This document shows positions 36,393 through 49,481 of a DNA stretch of 64,000 nucleotides, one piece after another; within the stretch, counting starts at the first letter, position 1; each line of letters begins with the position of its first letter. Under the pieces are notes generated by a model that made no database searches, had not been told where the DNA came from, and was given only the letters and a program-made list of their open reading frames with translations. The stretch lies in contig MU006094.1 in assembly GCA_010093705.1 (NCBI GenBank), forward strand, positions 657,550 to 721,549, read 5' to 3'. Origin of the DNA: Patellaria atrata CBS 101060 (lineage: Eukaryota). Made by a program: the position numbers and the translations under genes.

Positions 36393-37369
36393 CTCGAAGC
36401 TCTTCGTAGTATTCAGAAGGTCAACAGTACTTAGAAGACAGCCAAATATCTCAAGTTTGAGAGTGTGTGGAAGCCACGAAGCCGATGGAGGGAGCGCTGG
36501 AACTTCAAATTGCTTAAAAGTTCGCAATGAAAGATTGAGATGTTAGGACGATTACTTATAAACTTGCTAGCCTTCAGGCAACGACAAATTTAAAGACATT
36601 GAGCGACATTTTGCGTTGTACGGCACCGCGGCATATCCCTTTCCTGAACCCAATGGGCATTTCAACTTTAACTTTTTTGGTTTTGAGAAATAATCTTTTC
36701 CCCTTATACTATGGATCTTCGTTTCGATCGCTCTTCAACTAAAGCTGCTGAATTATTCAAGTTATTTTGTGTCTATACACCACATCAAAGCAGCAAAAAG
36801 GCAATGGAAATAGGGGATTGAAGACGCTGACAACCTTCAGCCCAGGGAAACATGACCTACTTTAGTACGCAAAGAGAGACATCTAGTGCGAACAAATGTG
36901 TCGTCTTTCCAAGCTATGCAGTGCTCTACCTGGGAATGTGACCTTAGCAATATTGCAATTTGGGCAGACCGCATTTCTTAGAACGACGTCTGTATACGAA
37001 TTTGACTTCTATCATATGAAGATTATTGATTAGTTAGCTTTAGGACTATATAGAACTGATTTTGTATATTGTCTAAAGTCGAGCTAATATCCAAATATCG
37101 GGTTGAGTTATCGGTTTCCATTGTGTCGGCTCGCTCCTATAACCCTCATTTATACGCGACAGATTGGGTTATTAAAACCCTGGCCAAACGGCCCGACCAT
37201 TGCGAAGCACGTCATTTTGAGGCCTTCCCTATGAATTAGACAACGTACTAGTTATGTCGATTTTCCTATAGATTGGGCATGCTGCCTTAAATTCTAGGAT
37301 CCCGTTGAAGACAGCAGCTCACAAACTACAACCTTCCTAGGATCGAGACAACACAGTATACCACTCACA

Positions 37370-38006
37370 ATGCACTCCCAATTATTTACACACTTCGGTC
37401 TCCTCTCTCTAGCGCTGGCGGCTCCTCAGGGCACGCCGACAACATCTGCTGGGCCGGGAACAACTCTTCAAAAGGGTTATTACTGGATCCGCGCGGTAGC
37501 ATCGCCCAACTTTCATAAATACCTCCAGACTAAACCGGCATACCAGCCAGGAATTGCTCTGATCGAGTCATATACCACTGCAGGCCAATTCCAAATCGTT
37601 TCAGGTCAACTCGCAGAGCTTGTCAGCGCTCCTGGAGCTGCTGAAGAGTTCCTGTACGCGAACGTCGCCCAAACTAAGACCCACGACGGAAGGACTTTGG
37701 CGGTATCCTTTAACACGACAAAAAATGATTACGGTACTTGGGCATGGAGTGGCGATGCGTTGACCTGGAGTGCACCGGACCAGCAGAGACCGAATGCGGC
37801 TGCGCATTATGTGTGTCAAGGACAGCAGTTGTTTATCAATCTTGGAGCGTATCTCTATAACTGGCCAAGTGGATGCGCAGATCAAACCGTAAGTTTTCAA
37901 TAGACTCGAATTGGTGTATAACATCATACAATCGGTTGTGATTTAAGATCTTTCTGCTGAATAATATTAGATCCATTACTATAACGATGCAAAGGCGAAT
38001 AACTAA
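37370..38006 (+). CDS. Secreted protein of a fungal family often fused to CBM1; intron 37889-37970
   Basis: Signal peptide, Thr-rich linker, YYWIRAVASPNFHKYLQTKP...AGQFQIVSGQL...LFINLGAY...GCADQT/IHYYN. Confidence 0.8.
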
Positions 38007-39949
38007 GGCTTGAAGCGTAGGAAGAGAGGACTGTTAAGTAATAATACAAGTACATACCAGTGGTTAATTATCAATCGAGTTAACAGATTGATGTTTGCTC
38101 TATTAACGAAGCCCGGATATCATCTCCTACTCTCCTACCTAATGACTCTCTATCATTCCTTGTTATGTTGTCCAGGACAGTCGTTTCTTCTTGTATAGTT
38201 ATACAACGGGATATTCGTTCTTGTCTACATCGAGCCAACGTAAAATCTATAAAATAAAGTCGAGGGGAAAAAGATCCCCTGAAGGAAGATTTGTATCAGC
38301 ATCGAAGAGTCATCACCTGCCGTTTGGGAGAGATTCTCAAAGTGTACATCTGTATTATCTCACTCCAGGAGAAGGCCTTAAAGGTCTGTGAAACCCGGTT
38401 CTGTTCCTATTATTCGACCGTCATGGGCTAATTTTAGCAGGACATACCTCTCTTCGATTTGTCTTAATGTTCCGAGATCGTAATTCTCTTAGGATAAGGC
38501 GGAATTGTGAGAGTACTATCTAGGTTACATTGTCTGATAAAGTCATAGGCCGTCTTGATATTCCTGCTGGTGGTAAACCTTAAGCGATTCCGTATAATGT
38601 ACTGTCCAAGCTTGGAGGGATATATGTACAAAAAATGATTGTACAGGCATGTGAAGTACTATAGAGTAAGATATTTGTTGACGGCTATAACTTCCCCTGT
38701 CCCTCCCACCCTTCCCCGCAACAACACCCCTGTTTACCCCAGACAAGCCATGCAAAAAGCCGTTAACTAAGCTAATCATGCTTAAATTTACACTTCCGAC
38801 CGCTTATACCTACTACCCCACAATCTCCGAATATGTAAGGATAGCGAAACATTTTCTAATAACCTCGCTATAAACCTAGAAGGCCAAGAGCCATACTATG
38901 GGTGTATTACAAGTTGATACTTGTCGAGCATTTATTAAATTTCCCCTACCTTATCCTTCCTCTCACCTTCTCTTCGTTTGCCTCTACTCCTTTTATAAAC
39001 ATAATCTTTCGTTAGCCTTCTTTCTTTCGCCGCGCTATAGCCAATGTTGCATCGCAGATTTTGAATAACTAGTATTCCGTGTTTGCCGCTTGGAAACGAG
39101 CATGTACCCATAGAACTTCCTCACTCATTAGCATGAGCTTTTCTAAGTGCTATACAAATACACCCGAACCATGGTTTAAGGCCCAGATCCAGACGCCAGT
39201 GAATGAAAAGACATGTTAGACAAGCCTACTCGATGGTTATTATGACTTTCAATGAGCATCACGCAAGAGTTGTTATAAAGTTGTTTTGCTCAGGATAAAG
39301 GTAAATTGGGCTCATCCCCTGATATGCTCTCGATAAAAATCTGTCTTAAAGCATTCGCATCTTCAGTCGACTAGCATAAGTCCCGATTTGTTTGTTATAA
39401 GTCATTCTTTGTTCACTGTTCTCGATTTGACTGCTATCTCAACACAAAATCCCATTGTGGTTTGGTTCGGTTCGATCCTGTCACACTCGTAGAATCCTCG
39501 TGAGATATAACTTGGATACCTGGGATCTTATATTATCCACCTATCCGTTCAAGCCCCGGCAGTCGATACAAAAGCCGACGCTGACGGGAGTATAGGTTCC
39601 CCTACTCAACAATCTATTCTTTTGATCTAGAATAATCGTGCGACTAAACCCAGGGGTCGTATGGACACGGCTATCTGCCCAAATCTGATCGAAGTTATTT
39701 CAATAGGCTGGAAAAAGAAATATCAACCTCCGAAGCCGTGGGTTTCCGGTACTTGAGTGACACGACGAGGATCATGTTGCCGACCAATTTTAATATCTTT
39801 ACTTGGCTTTTGATGAGTTTTCTATAATTTATTTTCTGGGCGCGAGCTTTGCACCTTCTCTATTGTGTATCTGGAAATGTATAAGAACATGGCACCGATA
39901 CCATCTTGTCAAATCTTCAGTGTGGTTATTGTAAACTTCGAACGCAAAG

Positions 39950-41134
39950 ATGCAGTGGAATTCACTCGTTGCTCTCGCCCTCAGCGCGTCCAGCGTTAAT
40001 GCGATGCTTCGTTTCTCGTGCTCGCAGCTTACAACTGAGAGACTTGACCCGTAAGATATCTCTCCATGACTTACGAAATCTCCTCTAATTGACGTGTTTT
40101 AGCTTGGTCTTCCCAGGAGCCAACCCATCTCCTCATGTTCATCAGATCGTCGGAGGAGTGCGTATCACTACCCCTTTGCTACTCTCATTGCTCATCAGCT
40201 ATAGAATGCCTTCAACACCACGATGAACCCTAGTCTTGACCTCCCTTCTCAAGCTACATGCACATCCTGCACCTTCTCGGAAGATTTCTCAAACTACTGG
40301 ACTGCTGTTCTGTACTTCCGCGCTAAGAACGGAACCTTCAAGCGTGTCCCTCAGGCCGGCAACCAGTTCCTCGAACAGGCCAACGGCGGGATGACAGTTT
40401 ACTATATCCCCCCGTACGATGGCAGGACCAAGGTCACCGCCTTCCGACCCGTAAGCTCCCTTCCACCCAACTTCTTGAAATCAGCCCAATCTAACATCCC
40501 CCCCCAGGGTTTCCGCATGCTCACCGGAGATCCCATGCTCCGCAACCGCGTCGAGAACGCCGAGCACCGCTCCCTCAGTTTCCGATGCTGGGACGCCAAC
40601 TTCGGCGGCGAGCAAGGCGCACCCGGAACGGGCCGAGACACGAGAGAGCTGCCGAACAAGCCCTGCCCGGGCGGCATCCGCGCCAACATCTTCTTCCCGA
40701 CCTGCTGGGACGGTAAGAATCTCGATTCCGCAGACCACAAATCCCACGTCGCCTTCCCCTCCTCTGGCTCCTTCGAGTCCGGTGGGCCCTGCCCGTCCAG
40801 CCACCCTGTTAAGATCCCCCAAATCCTCTACGAGACGTTCTGGGATACGCGTCAGTTTAACAATAAGGCGGACTGGCCTACTGATGGCAGTCAGCCCTTT
40901 GTCTTCAGCATGGGTGATCCGACTGGCTATGGGACGCACGGTGATTATGTGTTCGGGTGGAAGGGCGACGCTCTGCAGAGGGCGATGGATCAGAATTGCA
41001 ATGTCAACTGTCCGACGCTGAAGAGTCAGAGTTATCAGCAGGCGAATTCGTGCAAGATGAATGCGAGGGTTAGGGAGGATATTGATGGGTGGTTGAGCAA
41101 GTTACCCGGGAGCAACCCTTTGACTTTCAACTAG
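39950..41134 (+). CDS. Secreted DUF1996 domain protein; introns 40051-40102, 40158-40204 and 40451-40507
   Basis: Signal peptide, [72 protein letters not shown]. Confidence 0.92.
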
Positions 41135-41469
41135 ATGTTAGGCGAGAGTTTAGCATGTAAATGGGGTTAATCGGATTGTTTATATACCACTTTAGAAGGA
41201 GCGGGATTTTGAATAATCAGTGTAGTTCATGTAGTGTGAATTCAAGCATCAAAACCATAGATTGCTTCTTATCGCCCAGCAATACCATCTCCGTGTTGAA
41301 ATTTTGAATATATAGATAACAGCTCCACGCTGATATCAGAGAAGAATATATTGACCATGTAAAGACAGCCGCGCTATTAATAACTACAAGAAGGTAAGCA
41401 AGGGTATCTAACCGAAGTGTTTCAACACTTATCCTCGTGCAATGGAATGTACTCGCAACCTCAGTGTAC

Positions 41470-44400
41470 CTATTCTACAATCACCAACGCTCTCTTGGTC
41501 TCCCCTACATTATCCCACCACCTCTCCTTCCTCTCCTCTAACAAACTCAACTGATACTGCGGCGTCGTCCGCTTGGGCCTCCACTTCAATCTCCCTTCCA
41601 CCTCCTGCTTCCCTAGTGTCACCGGGCTCGCCACATCTGGTAAATTCGTAAGGTCCCTCAAAATCTCCCTCGAACCTTTCCCTTGCGGCTCCTCACCCAT
41701 TGTGAAAGCTTCCAAGGCACCTGGCTGGGCCGGAAGTAGCGGTTCCTGGAGCCAGGTCCTACTGCTCGACTTCTGGGCACTCTCCCGCTGTGCAAAGCGG
41801 CGCAAGAAGCGAGTTGTGGATTCCAGCAGTTTGACATCCGCGCGCAAGCTGGCCAATTCCTTCGCCGTGGACGCAGACGCAATGACAGAAGCCTGATTCT
41901 GGCCCGACAAATTCGCAACCGTCTTCCTCTCATCTGCCATTCTTTGCCACTTATTTTTCTCCTGCTCCATAATCTCCAACTCCATGCTCTTCTTCTCCAA
42001 TCTCTGCTTCAACCCCTGTTCTTCGGCTTTGACATGTCCCATCATCTGTTCGAGCTCTTTGATCTTCGCGAGTTTCTTTGCTGAGTCCTTTGTTCGGGAT
42101 TCGAGGAGCTCGATTTTGACGTTTGCTTCTTCGAGCGACTGGTTTTTGAGTTTGAGTTCCATGGCTCGGCGGTGGATATCTTCGCGCAGTCTTTCCATCT
42201 CTTCTTGCGCGTCGATGCTGATGATTTTTGAGGCTTGAAGTTCTCTTGAGCGGAGGACCCACGGTGGAGTTGGACGCTCGAATTCGACAGTCATGTCGAG
42301 GGCGGATGTTGCGGTTTGAATGTCAGACACATCTGGCATTAACCGATTTAGTTTCGATGAAAGTGTAGAAAAGATATCGGATTCTGTGACATCGAAGTGG
42401 TTGGAGCTGGTTTTGTACATTACAGACTGTACTTCTGTAAACGTGAAAGGTTGTGTACGACCTTCCTCATGGAATAAACTGTACACATCTTTTCCAAGTT
42501 GGCGCGTGTATTCTGCGATCTCCTCAGCTGCTGATTCGCATTCCTCGAAAGACTCGGACGTCTCTTGTACTAGAGTAAGTGATCGAGCCTTTAGTTCCTG
42601 TAATGCGCGAACCGTCTTGCCGATAATCACTTTAGTGCTGCGGATCTGCGATACCATCGCATCAGCTCTGCTATTGAACCGCACAAGGTCTTCGTCGTCA
42701 TCAGAGTCCTCCGAGGCAGAGACCTTAGTGAGCACTGCAACTTTGACAAGGGTAAGGGCGGCTGTAGACGTTTCAAGATAGCTCTGTATGAGTAGTGTTC
42801 GCATGATAGTGGTATCCGCAAAACTCTCGTCGGTGTCCTCAATAAGATATTCTCCAAGATGGGTCATGACCGCAACCGATCTGTATATCATGTTAGAAAT
42901 CAATAACGCTTTAGTAATAGTACTGTACTAACCGCTGTAACTCTTCCGCGACCCGGTCCTCCTTGATCTCATCTTTCTTGAGACCCTCGACGTAAGTATT
43001 CAACGCTCTTTCAACAGGGTCAAGCTCATGAAGCGCACTCTCGAACTTTGAAAACCGTTCCAGTGGACAGCTACTTATGCTATTGATGAATCTATCGCAC
43101 ATCGCGAAAACCCAGGTTAGCTTGTCTAGAACGTCGCAAGCTTCGAAGACATCCTCAGTCCGACCGGAGGTGTCACGCCCGCTAACTCTCTCTTTGATAA
43201 ATCCGTGGAGTAAGTTAGACTTAAATGCGATGCGTTTGAATCTCAGAAGCGCTAGAATGGAATCCCGCTCCGATTGAAAAGCTTCCGGTAGGAATAACTG
43301 AACGATAGCAAGATGTTCCGCAGCTTCCTGAGCTTCCAGTTTCCGGAGTTCCATATCGATAGTCTTGATTTTAGAGTGTGCAGCTGAACTCTGGAGCTGT
43401 CTATTCATTTCCATCATTGCTTTTGAACGGCTGGCGAGCTCTTGTGCTTCTGTTTCAGAGATCTCCTTGGATGCTCTAAGGTCTTCAAGATCAGCTTGCA
43501 AATTAGTGACGAGTTCCCTGAAACGAGATATAGTATACTCCTGATCTACTAATGCTTCGTCATTTTGAGCAGTCCGACGGGCAAATTCGGCGATGACGGA
43601 ATCTTTCTGGTCAATGAACTCTTGTAGTTGCTTTTCGTGCTCTACATGATTGAGCTCAAGTTCATCGTTGAGCTCCTTCAGACTAGACAAATCATCTACT
43701 TCCGCCCGTAGTTCTTCTATACGTTCGTTAAGTGACAAGTTTTTGTCCGTTAGCTCCTCGATCATTTCTTCTGCGCCTAGAGCTGCATCCAACTGCTGTC
43801 TAAGGTCTTCAATGTCGGCTTCTGTTTCTAATAACTTCGCTTTCGTGTCATCATACTGCTCCTTGATATTTCCGTAGTCTTGAACTTCACCTTCGAGCTG
43901 TTTGATGTGATGTTTCATTTCAGCTTCTGATTCCTGTGTAATATCGCGGAGACGGAGTAAAGCTTCTCGTAGACGTTCGTTTTCTCTCTCCATCTGTAAC
44001 CATCCCTTATTTGTTCGCTCCTCCGGCGACATTTCTGTATTGAGCTCCTTGTTTTCGTCCTCTAAGATCTCGTTTTCGAGTTCTAGTTCTTCCATTCTCA
44101 CTCTTAAGTTTTCTAATTCAGCCTTTAATACTTCAGTTTGCTCCTCGGCCATTTCTCGATCTAATGTGGCCATTTCCATTATTGAGTCGTGCTCCGCTTG
44201 CATCACCTCAATTTCCTCCAATCGAGCCTCTGCCTCCTTAAGAGCCATTTTTAGCTCATGGTTCTCCTGTTGCTGAGGCTGGTATTTGGACTGTAGTTTT
44301 TGGATGATCCCTTCAAATCTATCTCGTTCCTGCTGAATTTTCTCCAACGTCTTCAGCTTATCCCTATCCTCGATTCTTTTCTTTTCCATGACTTTCAGTT

Positions 44401-45211
44401 TGGTCTGTAGTTCCTCCACCTCTTTGTTGCTAGTTGTCTGTCCCTTCGACATTGTGCTTGCGATAGACCGTGCAGTAGACACTGGTGGCGACGGGGACTT
44501 CTGGCTTGCTGCACTAACAGCGGAAGGCGTTCGCTTTGTTGCGGCATTTGTAGGGACAATAGAGCTCCTACGGGCTGTTATTCCTCTGGTAGGTGAGCCT
44601 GAGGGTGCAGCAACTGCTCGGCTGGCCCCTAGGGAAGGCCCGCCTAGAGAAGGTCGGCTTAATCTATTTGATGCATTTGTGGAAGATGTTGTAGACGGCG
44701 GCCCCATAGACATACGTTTGGACGGTGCAGCAGCGAGACTCTGTCGATTACGCGTTGTAGCAGAGGTGGTGGGGGCAGGCTTCTTTCCTGGAGACTAATA
44801 AACAGTTAGATCTCGCCCAGGGGTTTGAGGACATGGTGTACATACACTACGGCCTGTAGGAGAAGACGTTGACCTCGGAGCAGCAGCAATACTGGCTGGT
44901 CTACTCGTAGATTTCCTTACGGCAGCGCTGCTAGGCGGCACGACAGGCTTTCCATTGCTCTTCGCTGCTGGTGGTTTCGGTTGTTCCATGATTCTCCCGA
45001 CCCCAGTTGGTTTTAAAAACATGCCATGTCCCATCGGGCAATTGAAGTATCTTTCTCCTTGCACGGATCCATCGTTCTTCCCGCATTGTTCTTCGAATTC
45101 CACGCCTATCCAGAGTCCGGCTGCGAAAGAAGTCTCGCCAACAAAGCGTATGATGGCCTGGCGGCCATCATTAAGCTCAACAAGCTGCCCTAGCTTGTAG
45201 CCCTCGGTCAT
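41470..45211 (-). CDS. DCTN1: Dynactin p150Glued subunit (NudM/Ro-3/Nip100); introns 44795-44845 and 42881-42932
   Basis: N-terminal CAP-Gly (WIGVEF...GKNDGSVQGERYF), basic Ser/Pro region, long coiled coil with EMATLDREMAEE, dynactin domain (IDMELRKLEAQEA..HL.I..LFLP). Confidence 0.95.
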
Positions 45212-45601
45212 AATTTTCGGTTCATCAGTGATTTTGGGAATCAAACATGAGCAGGAGGGTGTTGATTCCTCCCTCGGGGTCCATAAGTGAGAGAGATGTT
45301 CCGTAAACACAGGTTACATTTGCGGGTCGCCCCGTTACGCAGCATAAACGCGCCAAGCAGTTGGCGTGTGCACGTGACCGATTCTCGATCAGATAGTCTC
45401 GACCCCTTACAATTTTCAGAAGTGTTGATTGTTCATATAATACAATAACGAGACAAGCAACACGGTGTGCAAACTGTATTGATTCATGAAGGTTCAAAAA
45501 AGGCACATCCACAATCCGTAAATGCTCGTTAATCATAATTTATATATATATTTACCTCGAGTAAATGAACACCCCAACATCTGAGCAATAGAAGGGTGAG
45601 G

Positions 45602-48405
45602 TCATCTATCACTCAGTATCTGCTTATCCTGGGATTCCTTCAAATTTTTTGAATTCCTTTCTACTTTCTCTAGTAGTGCTATAGAATGCTTCATGGCGTC
45701 GCTACCGACCCGCCATGTATACAACTCCACCCCTCTTTCTTTTAGAATCTGTTCTGCCCTTGCCCAGCGTCTTCTCCACATATCCTCACGCTTGTTTGGG
45801 AATTGCGAGTTATCACCGTTATTAGTAAGGTTATTGCCACCGGGGCGCACCGTACTGTAAGCGTATTGGGCGGCAGCCGCTGGGTAAGACGTCAGGTTTC
45901 GCTGTCGTGGAGGTGGCGGAGGTATGATTTTTGCCTGGTTCTGTGAACCCTGTTGGATGGATGTCGTGGCCATTGATCTCGACTGACCAGATGATTGTGT
46001 CCCTTCTTTGCCGGACCAATATGAGCTCGCAGAGGGTAGGTTGTTGTAGGCGGAAGCGAGCTTTTGACGGGCGGATGATGCGTAGCTCTGTTGTCCGTTA
46101 GGATCATTATCGCCTGTCTGCTGTGCGGATGAATTGTTAGGGATATTTCGCTGATTAGGTTGAGTGTTTCTCTCCGATGTAGAAGTCTGGACGGTATAGG
46201 TCCGCCTGGGTTTCGGCGGTATCGGTGGCGATGGCTTTGAAGCAACATCCGGTTGTTGAGCAGAATCCGCCTTTTTGGTATCAGATGCACTACGAAGTGC
46301 AATAGGTTTTCGAGGAACAGGTGGTATTGCCTTCCCACTTGTCCTAGCACTCGGAATGCTTCTAGTCGATGCTAAAGAGTCTCGTCTTACGGGAACCTCG
46401 GGGGTTACTGACGTGGACCGTGTTAAATGAGGAGAAGATAGTGCACTGGAACCCTCATCATCAGAAAAGTCGATGAGATTCTCTATACTATGAGGTTCAG
46501 GAGCGGGTGGTTCCGTAGGTCTCCGAGGTGGAAGAGGTGGTCTCTGTTCTCCTATATCTTGGAGAGATGCAGCAATAGCGGATTTTAAGTTCTTATCATC
46601 TTCTTCGTCAATTTGATATCGAGATAATGGTCGTCCATCACTATTACGAGTATTAGGTCCTGAACCTTGCGTTCCGGAACCGGAAGGCTTCTGGTCAGTA
46701 AAATTATCGATAGATGGATCAAAGAACCCTTTTCCGACAGGTGTAGTGACATCGCGGATGAATACGCCCAGTACCCGCCCTGGATTCTCAAGTACAAAAT
46801 CTGTGTAAACTTCTAAATCGGCCTCACCACTGTCTCCAACGAGGATGTATTTTCTTTCAGGAAAATCTCGAGCAAGCCGATCCAAGGTCCCTTTCTTACG
46901 CTCTGCAACTGGCTCAAAGATGCCTTGAAACATACCGCTATACTGTTTCAGATGAAATGAGCCTGAAGGCAGACCTGCCATGGAGAAAAACTTCGATATA
47001 ATGGGATAGACCTGCCATGGGGAGTTCGATACGTAATGAAACTTAACACCGCGCGCTGCGAGCTGGTTATACCATTCCTTAACGCCTTCAATGGTAAGAT
47101 CGCCTAGATCACGGATGAATGCGTTACGGAATATCTCCCTGGCGCCAGCTGTAATTGCAGAATGTTTGATAGTATCGTCGATGTCGCTAATTAAACTGAT
47201 TCCCTGGGATTCGGTGATGCTGATCTCTTCAGTTACAGATAACTTTTCAGATGCTAGTATTCGTACATGGGTTGGAACGAAGTCAAGGGCAGCTCGAAAG
47301 TTGAAATGACCCGCTGCATCCGTGTTGATGGTCTTTTGGCGGGACTTGTTTTCGTTGAAAAAGAAGGCACTAATAGCAGTATTGGCCATAGGATTTGCAA
47401 GGAAAGGCATGAGCCGGGACATGAGGTGCTTATTCGCTTCTGCGAGCTCTGCCTGGCTCATATTTGAAGGTTGATTCCAAGATGCTCGCTTCTGGATCGA
47501 TGTAATAGGTGGTTCATTATCCTCTGAAGAGTTTCCAGCACGCGTCCTAGTAACCTCTGAATCTCGTGAACTACGAAAAGGTGAACCTCTCCCCGATTTA
47601 ATACTATCGGCATCGTCTTTCGAGGGATTTTCACTATACTCGCCCAATCCAGCAATGGTAGCTTCGGCTTCTCCTTTTCGCATGATCGATTCGGCTTCTC
47701 TCGAGACAAATTCCTCGTCATGTTTGGACGCCCGTTCCTCGACCCTCTCTAGGTGTGACTTATGTGGACTGACACCTCGACTATTAGTTGCGCTTGCTGT
47801 GGGACTGGTACCAGATGGCGCAGGTATTCCAACTAGTTGTCTTGCTAGGCCAATGAATAGTCTTTGTTTTCGATTCATCTGCCCTTTATGCGGAGAATAT
47901 ACCCATCCTCGGACATCAACATCTACGACAGCATTATCGTCCTCAAACCTTTCCCATTCTTGTCGCCAGAACTCAGCATCACCGGTGCCGGTGGAATCTC
48001 GAACATCTCGCCCTGCACCCTCAGTTTCCTGAATTGTTCCAGGTTCAGTCTCGGGCTTATATAGGAGTTAGTAGGAGTCAAATATTTCTCTGAATGTAAA
48101 CCCACCTTTCTCTTCACATGCGTTCGAGCATAACTCGGGAAAAGGATCATTTCCTCTCGCCCACTACGTACAACAGCTGCATCGGGGAAGGAACCAGGGG
48201 TGTTATCTTCGAAATCTTCCACACCACCGCCTCTATTGTTCCATCCTTGTTTGTAGCTATCTGTGTATGACAGTCTCAGCTCATTCGCAGCTTTAAGGTA
48301 GCCCGCCAACTTTTTTCTTCGGGCGCCTGGTTCTCGACCTTCACTGGCACTGTTATTGCCAGAGCCTTTGCCGGAAAGGTTGCTTGAACCTTGTGTAGAG
48401 GTCAT
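45602..48405 (-). CDS. APP1: Actin-patch phosphatidate phosphatase App1 (DUF2183); intron 48056-48105
   Basis: VDVDVRGWVYSP, catalytic ISDIDDTIK (DxDxT), HYVSNSPWQ, LVGDSGEADLEVY, Pro-rich SH3 ligands, C-terminal WRRRWARA...LYTWRVGSD. The frame is also open upstream to a GTG at 48717. Confidence 0.92.
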
Positions 48406-49331
48406 TTTTGGTATGTGTCCACTCGCATCTTTATTCCACCTTCGACCAGATAAGAGCCCCTTAGTGTGTTTCTGGATGTTCTGTAGGATGTAACCAGGCT
48501 TCTTCAGCTGTCGAAGACCTTTACGGTACAGATAGTATTTATATATATGGGCATGCGCTTTTCGTTTCAAGTCTGGTAGGGTCTCGTGACGGAAATTGGA
48601 CAGATGGGTACGGGCTCGTTGTCGCGTATGAGGAAATAAGTAACGAAGTAGAGAGCTGGTGCTAGAACTGGAACGTGTGGATAGCAGCTTCCTTCGTGAT
48701 GAAAGAGGGGGCGCCACCTTGAAGGGTAGGTATCAAGGTCGTAGTTAAGGCAACAGATGGTATTCTTACGACGCCGTTATTCTACTATATCAGTCAATGT
48801 AACATCTGTACATGTTAGGACTCCTCAAAAATCTTCAGTAAGAAATGCAAGAATTGAAGGTTGATGATAGGGATAGATATCTCTTGCTTCACAAGCTTTC
48901 CAGGTCTCTAGTTCTGGAGGATCATCAAGGCGCCGTCACCGTCGTCATCGGATGTGGCTCTAGAACTAGACCTTAAGGCTTGTTTTACGTTCGCTCCTAC
49001 GCGACCTCCTCCAGACGACAGTAACATTCGAAAATTGTACAGTAAAAATAAGAAGTCATATTATTTGATTTTCTCGAGAAGATGATGCATCGGCGAATTA
49101 GTTGAATTCTTTCATCAGCTCCAATTTTATTCCACTTTCAACTCAGACAGAGATCTTGCTGTTCATTCCTCTTCCTTACCTATGCAAAGCAGTAATGCAA
49201 TGCGTTTCAGAATAGAGCAAGGTTGCCATCGATTTAGAAGTAGATATACTATAACTTTAACATTTATTAAATGACTATACCTTATCTTATTTGCATCCTA
49301 TTCAAGTTGAGTCTGAGGATACCCCTCGCCG

Positions 49332-49338
49332 TGACTCA
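49332..49338 (+). promoter_or_regulatory. Gcn4/CpcA (cross-pathway control) site TGACTCA
   Basis: Perfect TGACTCA about 145 nt upstream of the seryl-tRNA synthetase ATG. Confidence 0.5.
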
Positions 49339-49481
49339 CCTTGCCTTATACGGAGTGCTACAGTACCCCGCCTAAGGTATTTCTTTCCTTACACTATTTT
49401 CATTTTTCTTCTGAGGGACAACTCATAAGGTACTCAAAATTAAGACAAAATACCACTACCAATTCAGCTTCCATACTCGAG

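Noticed and set aside
39460..39490. GGTTCGATCC B-box-like sequence
   Set aside because: No upstream A box, no cloverleaf and no terminator.
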